Shown here piece by piece: positions 28,852 through 38,079 of a stretch of DNA of 46,789 nucleotides. How positions within the stretch are numbered: position 1 is the stretch's first letter; each line of letters begins with the position of its first letter. Source of the stretch: Candidatus Zixiibacteriota bacterium (GTDB taxonomy: Bacteria > RBG-13-66-14 > B26-G2 > WVWN01); contig JASFLY010000023.1 in the NCBI GenBank assembly GCA_050117845.1, positions 1 to 46,789 of the forward strand, in the 5' to 3' direction. A program made the position numbers and the translations under genes. The notes under the pieces are model-generated. The model made no database searches and had not been told where the DNA came from. It saw only the letters and a list, made by a program, of their open reading frames with translations.

Positions 28852-30396
28852 ATGCCCGACAAGAAAAAACTCAAACCGCCCGAGGCCGGCCCGGGCGCCC
28901 CGCCGGAACTCAACGAGTTGTTGCGCGATGCCTACTTCGCGTGCCTGGCCGACAAGGGCAAGACCGACGAGGCCGCCCAGCGGGAGTGCGCCGAAGTCGC
29001 ATGGGAGAAGGCCCGTGAGAAGTACGACGAGGCCGACGGCGAGTGGACACTCAAGGCCGAGGCGCGCTTCCGCAAGGAGATAATCCGCCTGGGTCGTTAC
29101 GTCCTCCCCGACGACCCGGAAGAGACCGTGGATGTCACGGCCGAGCGCCTCCAACGCTGGGTGGACGATACGAGGGCGGCCGGCGTCAAGACCTGGGTCC
29201 CGTACCACCACTCCTACCACCCCGCCGACAACGCCGGGTGGGTGGAGGCTTTCGAGATAGCCGACGGCAAACTCTACGGCGTCTTCAACATCACTGACGG
29301 CCACACCGCCGCCCGTATCGTCGAAGGCACCATCCAGGACGTGTCCATCGGCGTAGGGCCAATACTCACGGCGTGCGGCAAGCGCTACGACGAGGTCATC
29401 CGTCACGTGGCGTTGACGCTCGACCCCCACGTCCGGGAGCAGGACGGCTTCGAGATGGTGATGGAGGCGGGGCATGACGGCGGCTTCTACTTCCGCGCCG
29501 GCGATCTCGTCCCCGAAGAAAAAGAGGAGGACGCGCAGGCCGAAGCGCCCGAGGGCGAGTGGGATGCCGCGTACGTCGACGTCCTGCCCGACGAGTGCTT
29601 CGCTTATATTGAACCGGGCGGCGAGGCCGACGCGGAAGGCAAAACCGTCCCGCGGGAACTCCGCCACTTCCCGATCCGCGATGCCGAGGGCCACGTCGCA
29701 CTCCCGCTCTTGGAGAAGGCGCTGACCGGCCTCGACGCCGAAATCATGTCCACCGGCGAGCCTTTGCCCGAGGAAGACCGTAAACGCATACGCGCGGAAT
29801 TGGAGGCGTTGCTTAAGGAAGTGGCGGTAGAGGAGGAGAAACCCGTGAACACCGGTGAAGCCGCGGTGGAGGCCGAGAGCGGCCGTTCGCGCCGCCTCGC
29901 CCGCTTCCTCGGCAGACTCAGCTTTATAGGTGAGAGCGCCCGGCCGAAGGACGTACTCCGGATGGAACGGTGCTTGGAAGAGTTATCCGTCCGGCTTGAA
30001 GCCGCGAATGCCGAACTCGCGTCGGTCAAAGCCGAGCGCAACGACCTCCGTCTGGAGAAGCTTGAGCGCGCGGCGCAAGACCGCATGGCTTTGGAGGCTG
30101 AGGCCAATCGCTTCGCCGACGCGCTGGCGCGCGCCGGCCGGGCGAAACCGGCTCGCCGGGAGAAATGGCGCGGGTTGTATATGAAGGATAAAGACCTCGC
30201 GCTCGAGGCCGCGGCGGCTCTTGAAGTCCGCTTCGACGCTTCTAAGGTCGTAGGCGAACCGCAGGAAAACGGCCGCCCGTCCGAGCTTTCGCCTTTGGTT
30301 TGCGAGAATCCGGAGGTAGTGGAAGTCTTAAAAACGATGGGTTACGACGAGGCCGCTATCGAACGCCGTCTCGGCGAACTCTACGGCCAACCGTAA
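28852..30396 (+). CDS. Prohead protease/scaffold (Mu I-like) with N-terminal ChaB-like domain
   Basis: EVAWEKAREKYDEADGEW (ChaB-like); VPYHH...NAGWV, DVSIG, HVALTLDP; C-terminal coiled-coil scaffold. Confidence 0.75.
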   Translation: MPDKKKLKPPEAGPGAPPELNELLRDAYFACLADKGKTDEAAQRECAEVAWEKAREKYDEADGEWTLKAEARFRKEIIRLGRYVLPDDPEETVDVTAERLQRWVDDTRAAGVKTWVPYHHSYHPADNAGWVEAFEIADGKLYGVFNITDGHTAARIVEGTIQDVSIGVGPILTACGKRYDEVIRHVALTLDPHVREQDGFEMVMEAGHDGGFYFRAGDLVPEEKEEDAQAEAPEGEWDAAYVDVLPDECFAYIEPGGEADAEGKTVPRELRHFPIRDAEGHVALPLLEKALTGLDAEIMSTGEPLPEEDRKRIRAELEALLKEVAVEEEKPVNTGEAAVEAESGRSRRLARFLGRLSFIGESARPKDVLRMERCLEELSVRLEAANAELASVKAERNDLRLEKLERAAQDRMALEAEANRFADALARAGRAKPARREKWRGLYMKDKDLALEAAAALEVRFDASKVVGEPQENGRPSELSPLVCENPEVVEVLKTMGYDEAAIERRLGELYGQP

Positions 30397-30448
30397 CGGC
30401 GGACGTTGTTCCCGCCGCCCGACATCTGACTTAAAGGGGGTGAATTGA

Positions 30449-30895
30449 ATGGCGTTTTCCAACCTTACCACGGAGCACGAGTGCAACCCGCGCCGTATTC
30501 CCAACGACGATTCTGCTTATACTCATTACGTTGTTAAAAGCGGCGTCACGATCTATAAGGGCTCGCTTGTGGTCTTCGAGTACGACACCACCGCGTTAAC
30601 CGGGTACGCGACGTACGCTTCCAATACGGCGGACGAGACCTTCGCCGGCGTCGCGGCGCAGACCGTAGCCGGTGACGGCGAAGCCAAGATCAAGGTATGG
30701 CGTAAGGGCCTGTTCGAGTTTATCAAGGACGCGCCCGAAATTACCGACGTCGGTACCGAGTTCTACTGCGACGGCGGAGCCACCGGCACCCCGGCCATAG
30801 TCCAATCGGCCACGACTACCGGCTGTAAGGTCGGATGTTGTGTGGACAACCTGGATACGACGGTCGTGCTCGCCGTGGATAACTATTGCCCGTAA
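30449..30895 (+). CDS. Capsid decoration/cement-like protein
   Basis: GVTIYKGSLV...FAGVA...KVWRKGLFEF; lies between protease and capsid. Confidence 0.65.
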   Translation: MAFSNLTTEHECNPRRIPNDDSAYTHYVVKSGVTIYKGSLVVFEYDTTALTGYATYASNTADETFAGVAAQTVAGDGEAKIKVWRKGLFEFIKDAPEITDVGTEFYCDGGATGTPAIVQSATTTGCKVGCCVDNLDTTVVLAVDNYCP

Positions 30896-30967
30896 ACAAA
30901 GGCTATGGGCCCCTGTACGGGGTCAAAGCCCTTAATCCGAATCCCGATCCAAGGGGGGTGAACTTTA

Positions 30968-31888
30968 GTGGCAGGACCCAACCTTTCGCCTAGCGATTTC
31001 GCGCGCGTGCTGGAGGTGGCGTGTCAGGAGGAGTTCTTCCGTATTTACGAGGACTCGTACTACCAGGACGCCGCCTGGAAAGACGCCGTGATGAACACTA
31101 CGAGCGACGGCGAGACCGAATACTACGGCTTCGGCGGTCGCTTGCCGGTCCCGGGGCGCATCGACGAGGATGCCCGTATCCACTACGGCCTCGACGACGA
31201 GAGTTACTCTTTAACCAACTACACCTACGGCCTCGCCATCGACATCCACCGCAAGATAGTGGAGGACGACCGGCACAACTACATCCGCCAGAAGTTCCAG
31301 AGTGCGGCCATAGGTCACCAGGTAAAACTCCAGGAGAACTGGGCCACGTTACTTACGGACGGCACGTCGGCCACGTGCCACGACGGCCAATACTTCTTCG
31401 ACACCGACCACGCGGGCGCGTCGAACCAGACCAATGCCGACCAGAACAAGGCGGTAGCCGGTTCCGACCTCTCGACCTCGCTCTCGAACGCCATCGACGT
31501 CCTCAAGGTAATGCGTGCTTTCACGGATCCGAAGGGTAACCCACTCGACGTCCGGCCCACCCACGTCGTCACCGGCATCGGCGACACCGGCGTGGCGTGG
31601 GAGATGCTCATTAATACGCCGGGCGCCGCGGGCACCGAGAACGCCGGTTACAACCCGTTCTACGAGAAGCTCACGCAGATCCAGACGCCCTATATTAGCA
31701 GTGCTACCGCCTGGTACTTCCTCGATCTGTCGAAGCCCGTCAAGCCGTTCATATTCCAGAAGCGCATCGACCTCGAGGTCAACGTCTACGAGCCCGACCA
31801 GCACACCGACAACTACGTCACCAAGACGTACGAGCGGTACCGCTTCGGTTACGGGCCGTGGTACCTCGCGATTCTAGGCGACGCTTAA
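30968..31888 (+). CDS. Major capsid protein (Mu gpT-like)
   Basis: TSDGETEYY, CHDGQYFFDTDH, AWYFLDLSKPVKPFIFQKR, RYRFGYGPW. Confidence 0.9.
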   Translation: MAGPNLSPSDFARVLEVACQEEFFRIYEDSYYQDAAWKDAVMNTTSDGETEYYGFGGRLPVPGRIDEDARIHYGLDDESYSLTNYTYGLAIDIHRKIVEDDRHNYIRQKFQSAAIGHQVKLQENWATLLTDGTSATCHDGQYFFDTDHAGASNQTNADQNKAVAGSDLSTSLSNAIDVLKVMRAFTDPKGNPLDVRPTHVVTGIGDTGVAWEMLINTPGAAGTENAGYNPFYEKLTQIQTPYISSATAWYFLDLSKPVKPFIFQKRIDLEVNVYEPDQHTDNYVTKTYERYRFGYGPWYLAILGDA

Positions 31889-31909
31889 CGCTTCACGCCA
31901 CGACCTGAA

Positions 31910-31940
31910 GAGCCCGGGCCGAATATTCGCGCCCGGGCTC
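31910..31940. terminator. Hairpin between convergent capsid and ICMT genes
   Basis: GAGCCCGGGC...GCCCGGGCTC inverted repeat. Confidence 0.55.
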
Positions 31941-31984
31941 CTACCCTCAATCACCTTCGCTTCTCTTTTCGTGCGGTCGCGCCC

Positions 31985-32704
31985 CTACCACACCCCCGGC
32001 ACCAGCCGCCGGCGGACCCGGCGGGCGTAATCCTCGTAGCCTGGCAACTCGCGGCGTAGGGTCCGGTCTTCCAGCGACGTGCGGACGAAGCACGTGATCA
32101 GGCCGACCGCCACCGGGACAGCCGCCCAGAACGAACCCAGCATCAGCGGGAGACCCAACATATATACCGCCGCCCCGAGATATCCCGGGTGCCGCACGAG
32201 GCGGTACGGGCCGGCCGAGACGACCTCGTGGCCGCGGTCCGTCTGGATGCGTACCGTGGCCGCGAAGAAGCGGTTAGTATACATCGCCCACGCCGTGAAG
32301 GCCGAGCCGGCCGCGGCGACGGCGAGGCCGGCTACGTGTATTACCGGCGGGAACGGCGGCGACCAGCCCCACCGGAAGTCGAAGGCCGCGACCAGCGCCG
32401 CGATCAACGAGCTGTAAGCCAACAGCGGCGCGAGTACGAGGTCCCAGCGTTTAGTGCCGGCCTTAACGCCTGAGCGTTCGGCGAGGAGTTCCGGCCGGGT
32501 AGGGATGAGGAGTATCGCCAGCGTGATGACGTTGGCGGCGGCCAGTGCGACGAACGCCCATCCCCAGCGCCAGCCGAGGCGGCCGGCGGCGAGGAAGAGT
32601 ACCGCGGTTACGAGCAGGACCGCGAAGCAGTTCTTGACGACCCACCGCGCGACGCCGCGCCGGACGTCGACGGAGTTCCCTTCGCGAGGGTTGTTGACGT
32701 TCAT
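31985..32704 (-). CDS. Isoprenylcysteine carboxyl methyltransferase family membrane protein (host gene inside the phage cluster)
   Basis: NRFFAATVRIQTDRGHEVVSAGPYRLVRHPGY, RTSLEDRTL..ELPGY, RLVPGVW. Confidence 0.9.
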   Translation of the reverse strand: MNVNNPREGNSVDVRRGVARWVVKNCFAVLLVTAVLFLAAGRLGWRWGWAFVALAAANVITLAILLIPTRPELLAERSGVKAGTKRWDLVLAPLLAYSSLIAALVAAFDFRWGWSPPFPPVIHVAGLAVAAAGSAFTAWAMYTNRFFAATVRIQTDRGHEVVSAGPYRLVRHPGYLGAAVYMLGLPLMLGSFWAAVPVAVGLITCFVRTSLEDRTLRRELPGYEDYARRVRRRLVPGVW

Positions 32705-32840
32705 AATATTCTCCGGTGCATTTTGCGCGCAGTATATCACGGCGCCGGAGGTCCGGCCAGCGCTTTTGAACGCGAATAGCGTCGCTTGGCCCCTTGATAA
32801 TTAGGCCGGCGTTGCTACTAATAAGGAGAGGTGTAATCGT

Positions 32841-33149
32841 ATGGCAACCTATGAAGGGAAGCTCACGGGCGCGTACGTCCACACGATAGAGGGCGACGGC
32901 GCCGCGTTGATGAAGGCGCGGGGCCGGAATTACGGGAGGGTAAAATTCTTCGGCGACCGCTGGACCGCGTTCGACGAGGCCGAGGCCGACATGGGCCGCA
33001 TCGAGTACGGCGTGGCGCTGGGGCACCTGGAGATAAGGAAGGTCTCGGCGGCGAAGGTCACCGCGGAGAAGAAGAGCGAACCGGTTAAGAAGGCGGCATC
33101 CGGCAAAAGCCGCGGCCGCGGCTCGAGCAAGAGAAGGGGGAAAGAGTAA
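32841..33149 (+). CDS. Phage-cluster hypothetical protein with basic C-terminus
   Basis: AGGAGAGG RBS; stop overlaps the adaptor start. Confidence 0.6.
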   Translation: MATYEGKLTGAYVHTIEGDGAALMKARGRNYGRVKFFGDRWTAFDEAEADMGRIEYGVALGHLEIRKVSAAKVTAEKKSEPVKKAASGKSRGRGSSKRRGKE

Positions 33150-33607
33150 TGGCCTGGACGACTCCCGTTGAAGTGAGCGACGTGCGGACGGAGTATCCGC
33201 TGTTGACGAGCGACCTGTGCGCCGACGCGCGCGTGACCGCCAACCGCGACCGCGCGGAGGCGGAGATAGAGGCGGTCTTGAGGGACCGCTACGACCTGAC
33301 CGACCCCGGCGCCGACAAGTACGTCTGGCGCGTCTGCCTGGCGCTGACGCTCTACCACTGCATCAACTCCGCCTACGGCGAGCAAGGCTGGACCGGGGAG
33401 GGGCGTAGCGCGATAAATACCTATTCCCGCGAGTGGGAGGACTTCAAGGGTAACGTGATGAGGAGAAAAATAAAGCTTTCGTTACCGGTGGCGAAGACAA
33501 TCCCGACGCCGACGGTAGGTAATATAGGATTAAAGAGCAGCAACCATAGCGTGTTCGGCCTCGATATCCCCGGCGGAAGCGGTTTTCCTTTTAAGGACGA
33601 AGATTGA
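33149..33607 (+). CDS. Head-tail adaptor-like protein (Mu gp36/DUF1320-like), copy 1
   Basis: AEAEIEAVLRDRYDL...VCLALTLY pattern; position after the capsid gene. Confidence 0.65.
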   Translation: MAWTTPVEVSDVRTEYPLLTSDLCADARVTANRDRAEAEIEAVLRDRYDLTDPGADKYVWRVCLALTLYHCINSAYGEQGWTGEGRSAINTYSREWEDFKGNVMRRKIKLSLPVAKTIPTPTVGNIGLKSSNHSVFGLDIPGGSGFPFKDED

Positions 33608-33668
33608 AGTTAACTGGTTTACCCGGTGTTGTGGGCCACCGCGACTACGTGAGGAAAGACCACCGGAT

Positions 33669-33697
33669 TTGACTTTATCCGATGGGGGGCGTATAAT
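33669..33697 (+). promoter_or_regulatory. Near-consensus sigma70 promoter for cassette 3
   Basis: TTGACT-N17-TATAAT, 4 nt before ATG 33702 (possibly leaderless). Confidence 0.7.
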
Positions 33698-33701
33698 CTA
33701 A

Positions 33702-34295
33702 ATGACGAAAATAACGTTTGTAACCGACGCTCACGAGTATCACAGGATCGACTCAGAGGGGTACACGCTTAAACGTTTACTGGATCTCGTAAAAGATAAG
33801 CGGAGGGGGTGTACGGTACGGCTGCTTATACTTGAGGGAGGTATGGATTTTTACGACTTGTTCGAACACATTTACGGCGAGAATATAACAACGATGGACG
33901 TTTGTCTCCATGGTCTCACGGCGTCGCGGGAGGAATATCCTAACGAAGCAGAATGGGACAGCGTTAGCTATAAGTTTTACCGCAATGAGTTTAAGGTTAA
34001 CGACGCTTCGCGTCTAGATATGGAGGGGTTTATCGGGGGACTGATAGAAAACCGTGTTGAGCTTGAAGAACTAGTTTTACGTAGCTGTAACCAATACCCC
34101 GACCAATGGGGAGACGCTTTTCTTAGGTACGGGCTAGCCGTAGAAGTTTGGGCCCCTGGGTTAGCGGCTGTAGGTGGGGCTACGACGTTTTACACATGGG
34201 ACCCTCACGTGCCTTTATGCCAAGGCGAGTTATTGTATAGGTTATACGAGAGTAGAGGTTATCTGCCTAAATTGCTCTATTGGAAGGATTATTAA
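33702..34295 (+). CDS. Cassette 3 His/Cys caspase-fold-like protein (most divergent)
   Basis: TMDVCLHG...ELVLRSCNQ..QW...VEVWAPG; stop overlaps the partner start. Confidence 0.5.
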   Translation: MTKITFVTDAHEYHRIDSEGYTLKRLLDLVKDKRRGCTVRLLILEGGMDFYDLFEHIYGENITTMDVCLHGLTASREEYPNEAEWDSVSYKFYRNEFKVNDASRLDMEGFIGGLIENRVELEELVLRSCNQYPDQWGDAFLRYGLAVEVWAPGLAAVGGATTFYTWDPHVPLCQGELLYRLYESRGYLPKLLYWKDY

Positions 34296-35332
34296 TGGCG
34301 ACCCGTAGGGTCCCTATATCCGTTTTAACGACATCAGCGTTTTGGGTGATGTTACTAAGTCCCGGTTGCAAGCAGGCGGGTGAGGAAGGCCAAAGCTATC
34401 CGCCTATTGAGGTGGAGGAAGAACCCCCTTCCGTCGTAGCGCTTATATCGGAAGCGGAGGCCAGCGGGTCGGCGATCGAGCCGGGATGCTCGCTTTTTTG
34501 GCTTGGTACGAAGGACGAGACGAGGACTCCAATCGGCTATTTTAATAACGACGTATTTACGGCCGTGGCGGTGAACGATAGCCGGGACGTAATCGCGGTA
34601 GCGGGCATCAGTTATACTCGGCCTTCTTTGACTACTTTCTTCAAGGTATACGAATTGAAAAGAGACGGGGAGTCGCCATATTTGAAATTAACCATTGAAA
34701 AGCCCGGGTACGGAGGGGCCCGAGTGGTCTTCAGCGAATATGATAGCGTCTTCTACATCAGCGTGCCGGCGTCAGGTGCGGAAGGGAATCTCGTTTCGGG
34801 GGGGGATGGGGTGAAGGAGACAAAGCCGGGAAGCGTGATCCTCGTGTACGATGAGAAGAAGAACGTTTTAGAGGATGTAGTTACCACAAGTCGCTTCGTT
34901 GGTTTAAAGGCGGCAATCGGCAAACGTATCCTGTGGGTAGATATTTACGAAGAACCAGATATCCGTCGTTCCGCGATATTGGATTTGGATACGGGCGAAT
35001 TATCCCCGGCGGGTTACAATTCTTCAGGCGGCCGCGTTCCGCCGCTAGTTTACTATCGTACTTCTCGTAGTGGTAAGCCGCCATACGTAGTGAGGGCATA
35101 CGTTACGTTTTCGGATTCTAGCCAAACGGGGCCGGATTTGACTTTGGGCGATTACGTTAATTATCCGGTACTATATTCGTTTGGTGAGAATTCGTTTGTA
35201 TTCTTGGATGATCCGGTAGGTAAAGGGCCGCCGCATTTAAAGGTCAAACGTGTCGAAACAGGGAAAGAGTATTCGTACGAGTTACCGTCTTTAGATTGGC
35301 GTAAGAACTACGACCTGTTATACGTCGATTAG
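34295..35332 (+). CDS. Beta-rich lipoprotein (cassette 3 partner; not clearly NHL)
   Basis: Hydrophobic leader with SPGC lipobox; beta-strand-rich; TAATG coupling to the upstream gene. Confidence 0.65.
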   Translation: MATRRVPISVLTTSAFWVMLLSPGCKQAGEEGQSYPPIEVEEEPPSVVALISEAEASGSAIEPGCSLFWLGTKDETRTPIGYFNNDVFTAVAVNDSRDVIAVAGISYTRPSLTTFFKVYELKRDGESPYLKLTIEKPGYGGARVVFSEYDSVFYISVPASGAEGNLVSGGDGVKETKPGSVILVYDEKKNVLEDVVTTSRFVGLKAAIGKRILWVDIYEEPDIRRSAILDLDTGELSPAGYNSSGGRVPPLVYYRTSRSGKPPYVVRAYVTFSDSSQTGPDLTLGDYVNYPVLYSFGENSFVFLDDPVGKGPPHLKVKRVETGKEYSYELPSLDWRKNYDLLYVD

Positions 35333-35371
35333 CTTCGCCCTCTTTACTCCTCCCCGTGGTCCGTGTCCCAT

Positions 35372-35410
35372 GTCCAATACTTCCGGCCTGTCCCGGCCGG
35401 GGATGATTAG
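35372..35410 (+). pseudogene. 3'-end remnant of an NHL gene
   Basis: Reads VQYFRPVPAGDD*, matching IQYFRPVPAEDK* at 39567..39605; DNA TCCAATACTTCCGGCC is shared. Confidence 0.75.
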
Positions 35411-35494
35411 CGTTTCGCGTTAGTCCCGCCCGTTCCCATTTCCATTCCAACCGAATAACGACACGCCGCGCAAGCGCCGCGGAGGTATCAGCCC

Positions 35495-35932
35495 ATGGCC
35501 GTAACGATAGGAGAGAGCCCGGGCGAGCGCGTTAAGCGCTACCTGGTCCAACTGCTCAAGAACGAGTACGGCGAGGATTACGTCTACGAGAAGGCCGCGC
35601 CCATCGGCCGGTTCACCCAACCCACGTTCGAGGTCGAGATGGGTACGGACACGTACGACCGCCTGGGGTGGGCGGTGTGCCACGCCACGGTGCGCTCCTC
35701 CCTCCAGCACGGCTCGAAGGAGGACGCGAGCGAGAACGCCGGCGACCTGGCGAGCCACCTGGTGGAGACGGTGCGGGAGGGCGTGCGGCGGGGCCTGCCG
35801 GTCATATCGGACGAGGGGCCGCCCTGGTACGACGTGACGGCGAGCGCCACCAAGGTGGTCCAGAAGCCGGAGAACGTATCGGTCGAAGTGCGGTTCGACT
35901 TCTCGACCGGCCTGGTCCCGGGCGGCGTCTGA
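35495..35932 (+). CDS. Putative tail terminator/completion protein
   Basis: 145 aa directly before the tail tube; GGAGG RBS; call is positional. Confidence 0.5.
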   Translation: MAVTIGESPGERVKRYLVQLLKNEYGEDYVYEKAAPIGRFTQPTFEVEMGTDTYDRLGWAVCHATVRSSLQHGSKEDASENAGDLASHLVETVREGVRRGLPVISDEGPPWYDVTASATKVVQKPENVSVEVRFDFSTGLVPGGV

Positions 35933-35990
35933 GCTTAGATAACATAAAACCGCTTCATCAACGACAACCCTAAGCAGGGGGGGATGGATT

Positions 35991-36746
35991 ATGGCACTGG
36001 CACTCGGTGCGCTGGTGGGCCAGGGGATGGTGTTCGACACCACGAACAAGTACCCGTTCCTGGGCTACGCCGAAATCAACTTCAACGTCGACACCAAGGA
36101 GATAGAGATCCCAAAGGGGAACTGGAACAACCAGAACGCTTACCACGCGCTCATCGGCGGCTTCGGCGGGACCATCGGCTGGCACTACTCGGACGCCAAC
36201 CTGGTGGCGGCGCTGACCGGCGGCTCTACGACGACGAGCCAGGGGATATCGGTGGCCAAGGAGGAGGCGGGTACTATTCCGTCCAGCCCGGACTACGAGG
36301 TGACGCTGGACAACTCGGCCGCCTGCATCGACGACTCCATAGGTCACGGCTCGGTGTACACCGGCTCGGGGGCCAACAAGTCGTACTTCCAGGTGGTGAC
36401 GGACGCGCCGGACGCCGCGGGTGAGGTCCAGGTCTCGAGTGGCGTCCTGACCTTCTACTCCGGCGACGCCGGCAAGGACGTCAAGACGACCTACCTGTAT
36501 ACCAACACCTCGGGCGTCAAGGTGACTATCGGCCCGACGGACACGCCGAACTCGTGGGCGGGTTATCTGGTCATCGAGCGCTTCCTGGAGACGAACACGC
36601 TGGGCCGGATGACTATTTACGCCAAGGACATCGTGTGGACCGGGGCGCTGAAGCTGGGCGCGACGCGCGCGGGCCACGACGCCATCACGCGCGAGTTCCG
36701 CGTCAACAACGACGCGGCGGGCGACCTCGTCATCTACTTCGACTGA
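35991..36746 (+). CDS. Major tail tube protein (non-contractile type)
   Basis: 251 aa G/T-rich beta protein followed by a frameshifting chaperone; no sheath gene seen. Confidence 0.7.
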   Translation: MALALGALVGQGMVFDTTNKYPFLGYAEINFNVDTKEIEIPKGNWNNQNAYHALIGGFGGTIGWHYSDANLVAALTGGSTTTSQGISVAKEEAGTIPSSPDYEVTLDNSAACIDDSIGHGSVYTGSGANKSYFQVVTDAPDAAGEVQVSSGVLTFYSGDAGKDVKTTYLYTNTSGVKVTIGPTDTPNSWAGYLVIERFLETNTLGRMTIYAKDIVWTGALKLGATRAGHDAITREFRVNNDAAGDLVIYFD

Positions 36747-37270
36747 TGAGCGGGGAACTGAAGGAGGAACTGCGGCGGCTGGGCGCGGACGTCAGGCCGG
36801 GGAGCGAAATGCCAAACGACGTACGAGAGATGATAGAGGCGTACGCCCCCGGCCTACCTCGCGCCGGGCAAGTCGGCGTCGAATTGAAGAGGTTGGCCCG
36901 GGACCAGGTCTATACCTACGAGGACCCGTATTTAAAACTCCTTATCCCGGTACCGCCGCTGGATATTTTCGAGGCGGTGGTGCGGGAGTTGGAGCGGCTG
37001 GGGCCGGACCTCACGGACATCCACGAGTACGTGACGGTAATAGGCCGGGCGTTCTGGCTCCTGCACCGTAAACCCGAGCGACGTGGCTTTTTGCGGAAGC
37101 GCTACGCGCTGCGGGAGCCGACCGACGATGAGGCGCTCAAGTTTTTGGAGGAGAAGGTGAAACGGGCCGACGTCGTTATCAAGTCGCTCGCGCCGGCCCT
37201 TTTCGGCCTAATCGAGTTTGTGATGTATAAAAAAAAAGAGGGGGCCGACCCTCAAGATACTGCGGCTTAG
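36746..37270 (+). CDS. Tail assembly chaperone (G form) with A9 slippery site
   Basis: TGATG-coupled to the tail tube; TAT AAA AAA AAA GAG near the 3' end. Confidence 0.75.
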   Translation: MSGELKEELRRLGADVRPGSEMPNDVREMIEAYAPGLPRAGQVGVELKRLARDQVYTYEDPYLKLLIPVPPLDIFEAVVRELERLGPDLTDIHEYVTVIGRAFWLLHRKPERRGFLRKRYALREPTDDEALKFLEEKVKRADVVIKSLAPALFGLIEFVMYKKKEGADPQDTAA

Positions 37271-37455
37271 CGGAACTCGCCGTCGAGATCGCGACGCGCT
37301 TCCGCGTTCCGCCCGAGGTCGTCCTGACCTGGAACGCGGCCAAGTTCTACGGCGTGGTGGAATGCCCGGTTAACTCGGCGCACGAGGCCGAAGTCGCGGC
37401 CGAGGAGGAGCGTACGAAATGGCGGACGAACCAGAACAGATCGTTTACGAGGTAA
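37237..37455 (+). CDS. -1 frameshift extension (T part) of the tail assembly chaperone
   Basis: Open -1 frame RGGRPSRYCGLAELAVEIATRF...WNAAKFY...EEERTKWR, homologous to the C-terminus of 23305..23991. Confidence 0.75.
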   Translation, partial: RGGRPSRYCGLAELAVEIATRFRVPPEVVLTWNAAKFYGVVECPVNSAHEAEVAAEEERTKWRTNQNRSFTR

Positions 37456-37571
37456 GCGTGGAGGGCGCCGAAGAGGCGATACGCGCGTTGAAGGAAGGCG
37501 AAGCGGAAGACGTTAAGTTCATAATCGTCATGATCAGGGAGGTAAGGCCATGGCATGGACTACTCCAGTAA
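37419..37571 (+). pseudogene. 50-aa stub, possibly a tape-measure N-terminus remnant
   Basis: GAGGAGGAG RBS; MADEPEQIVYEVSVEGAEEAIRALKE; sits at the canonical tape-measure position and faintly resembles the start of 28123. Confidence 0.4.
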
Positions 37572-38008
37572 ACGTAAGCGACGTGCGAACGGAGTATCCG
37601 TTGTTAACCGTCGATCTGTGTTCCGACGAACGCGTGACCGCGAACCGCGACCGCGCGGAGGCGGAGATCGAGGCGGTACTGAGGGACCGCTACGACCTGA
37701 CGGACCCCGGCGCCGACAAGTACGTCTGGCGCGTCTGCCTGGCGCTGACGCTCTACCACTGCATCAACTCCGCCTACGGCGAGCAGGGCTGGACCGGCGA
37801 GGGTAGGAACGCCGCGGCAACGTATTGGCACGAGTGGGAGATGTTCAAGACGGATATTCTCCGGAGTAAGGTGAAACTCTCTTTGGAAGTGTCTAGCAAC
37901 GTCCCCAAACCTACAGTGGGCAATTTCGACGTGGGGAAAAGCGCCTTCAGTAGTTTTGGCCTCAATAAACATCCGGGCCCGGGATTCCCGTTCGACGATG
38001 ACGAATAG
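37550..38008 (+). CDS. Head-tail adaptor-like protein, copy 2
   Basis: First ~85 aa nearly identical to 33149..33607, C-terminus divergent. Confidence 0.7.
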   Translation: MAWTTPVNVSDVRTEYPLLTVDLCSDERVTANRDRAEAEIEAVLRDRYDLTDPGADKYVWRVCLALTLYHCINSAYGEQGWTGEGRNAAATYWHEWEMFKTDILRSKVKLSLEVSSNVPKPTVGNFDVGKSAFSSFGLNKHPGPGFPFDDDE

Positions 38009-38079
38009 CTTTTAGTGCCGATACTAACGAGCGAGAAGTCATAGTTGCCGGAAGTAGGTTAATAAAGAGTAGGTTTAAA

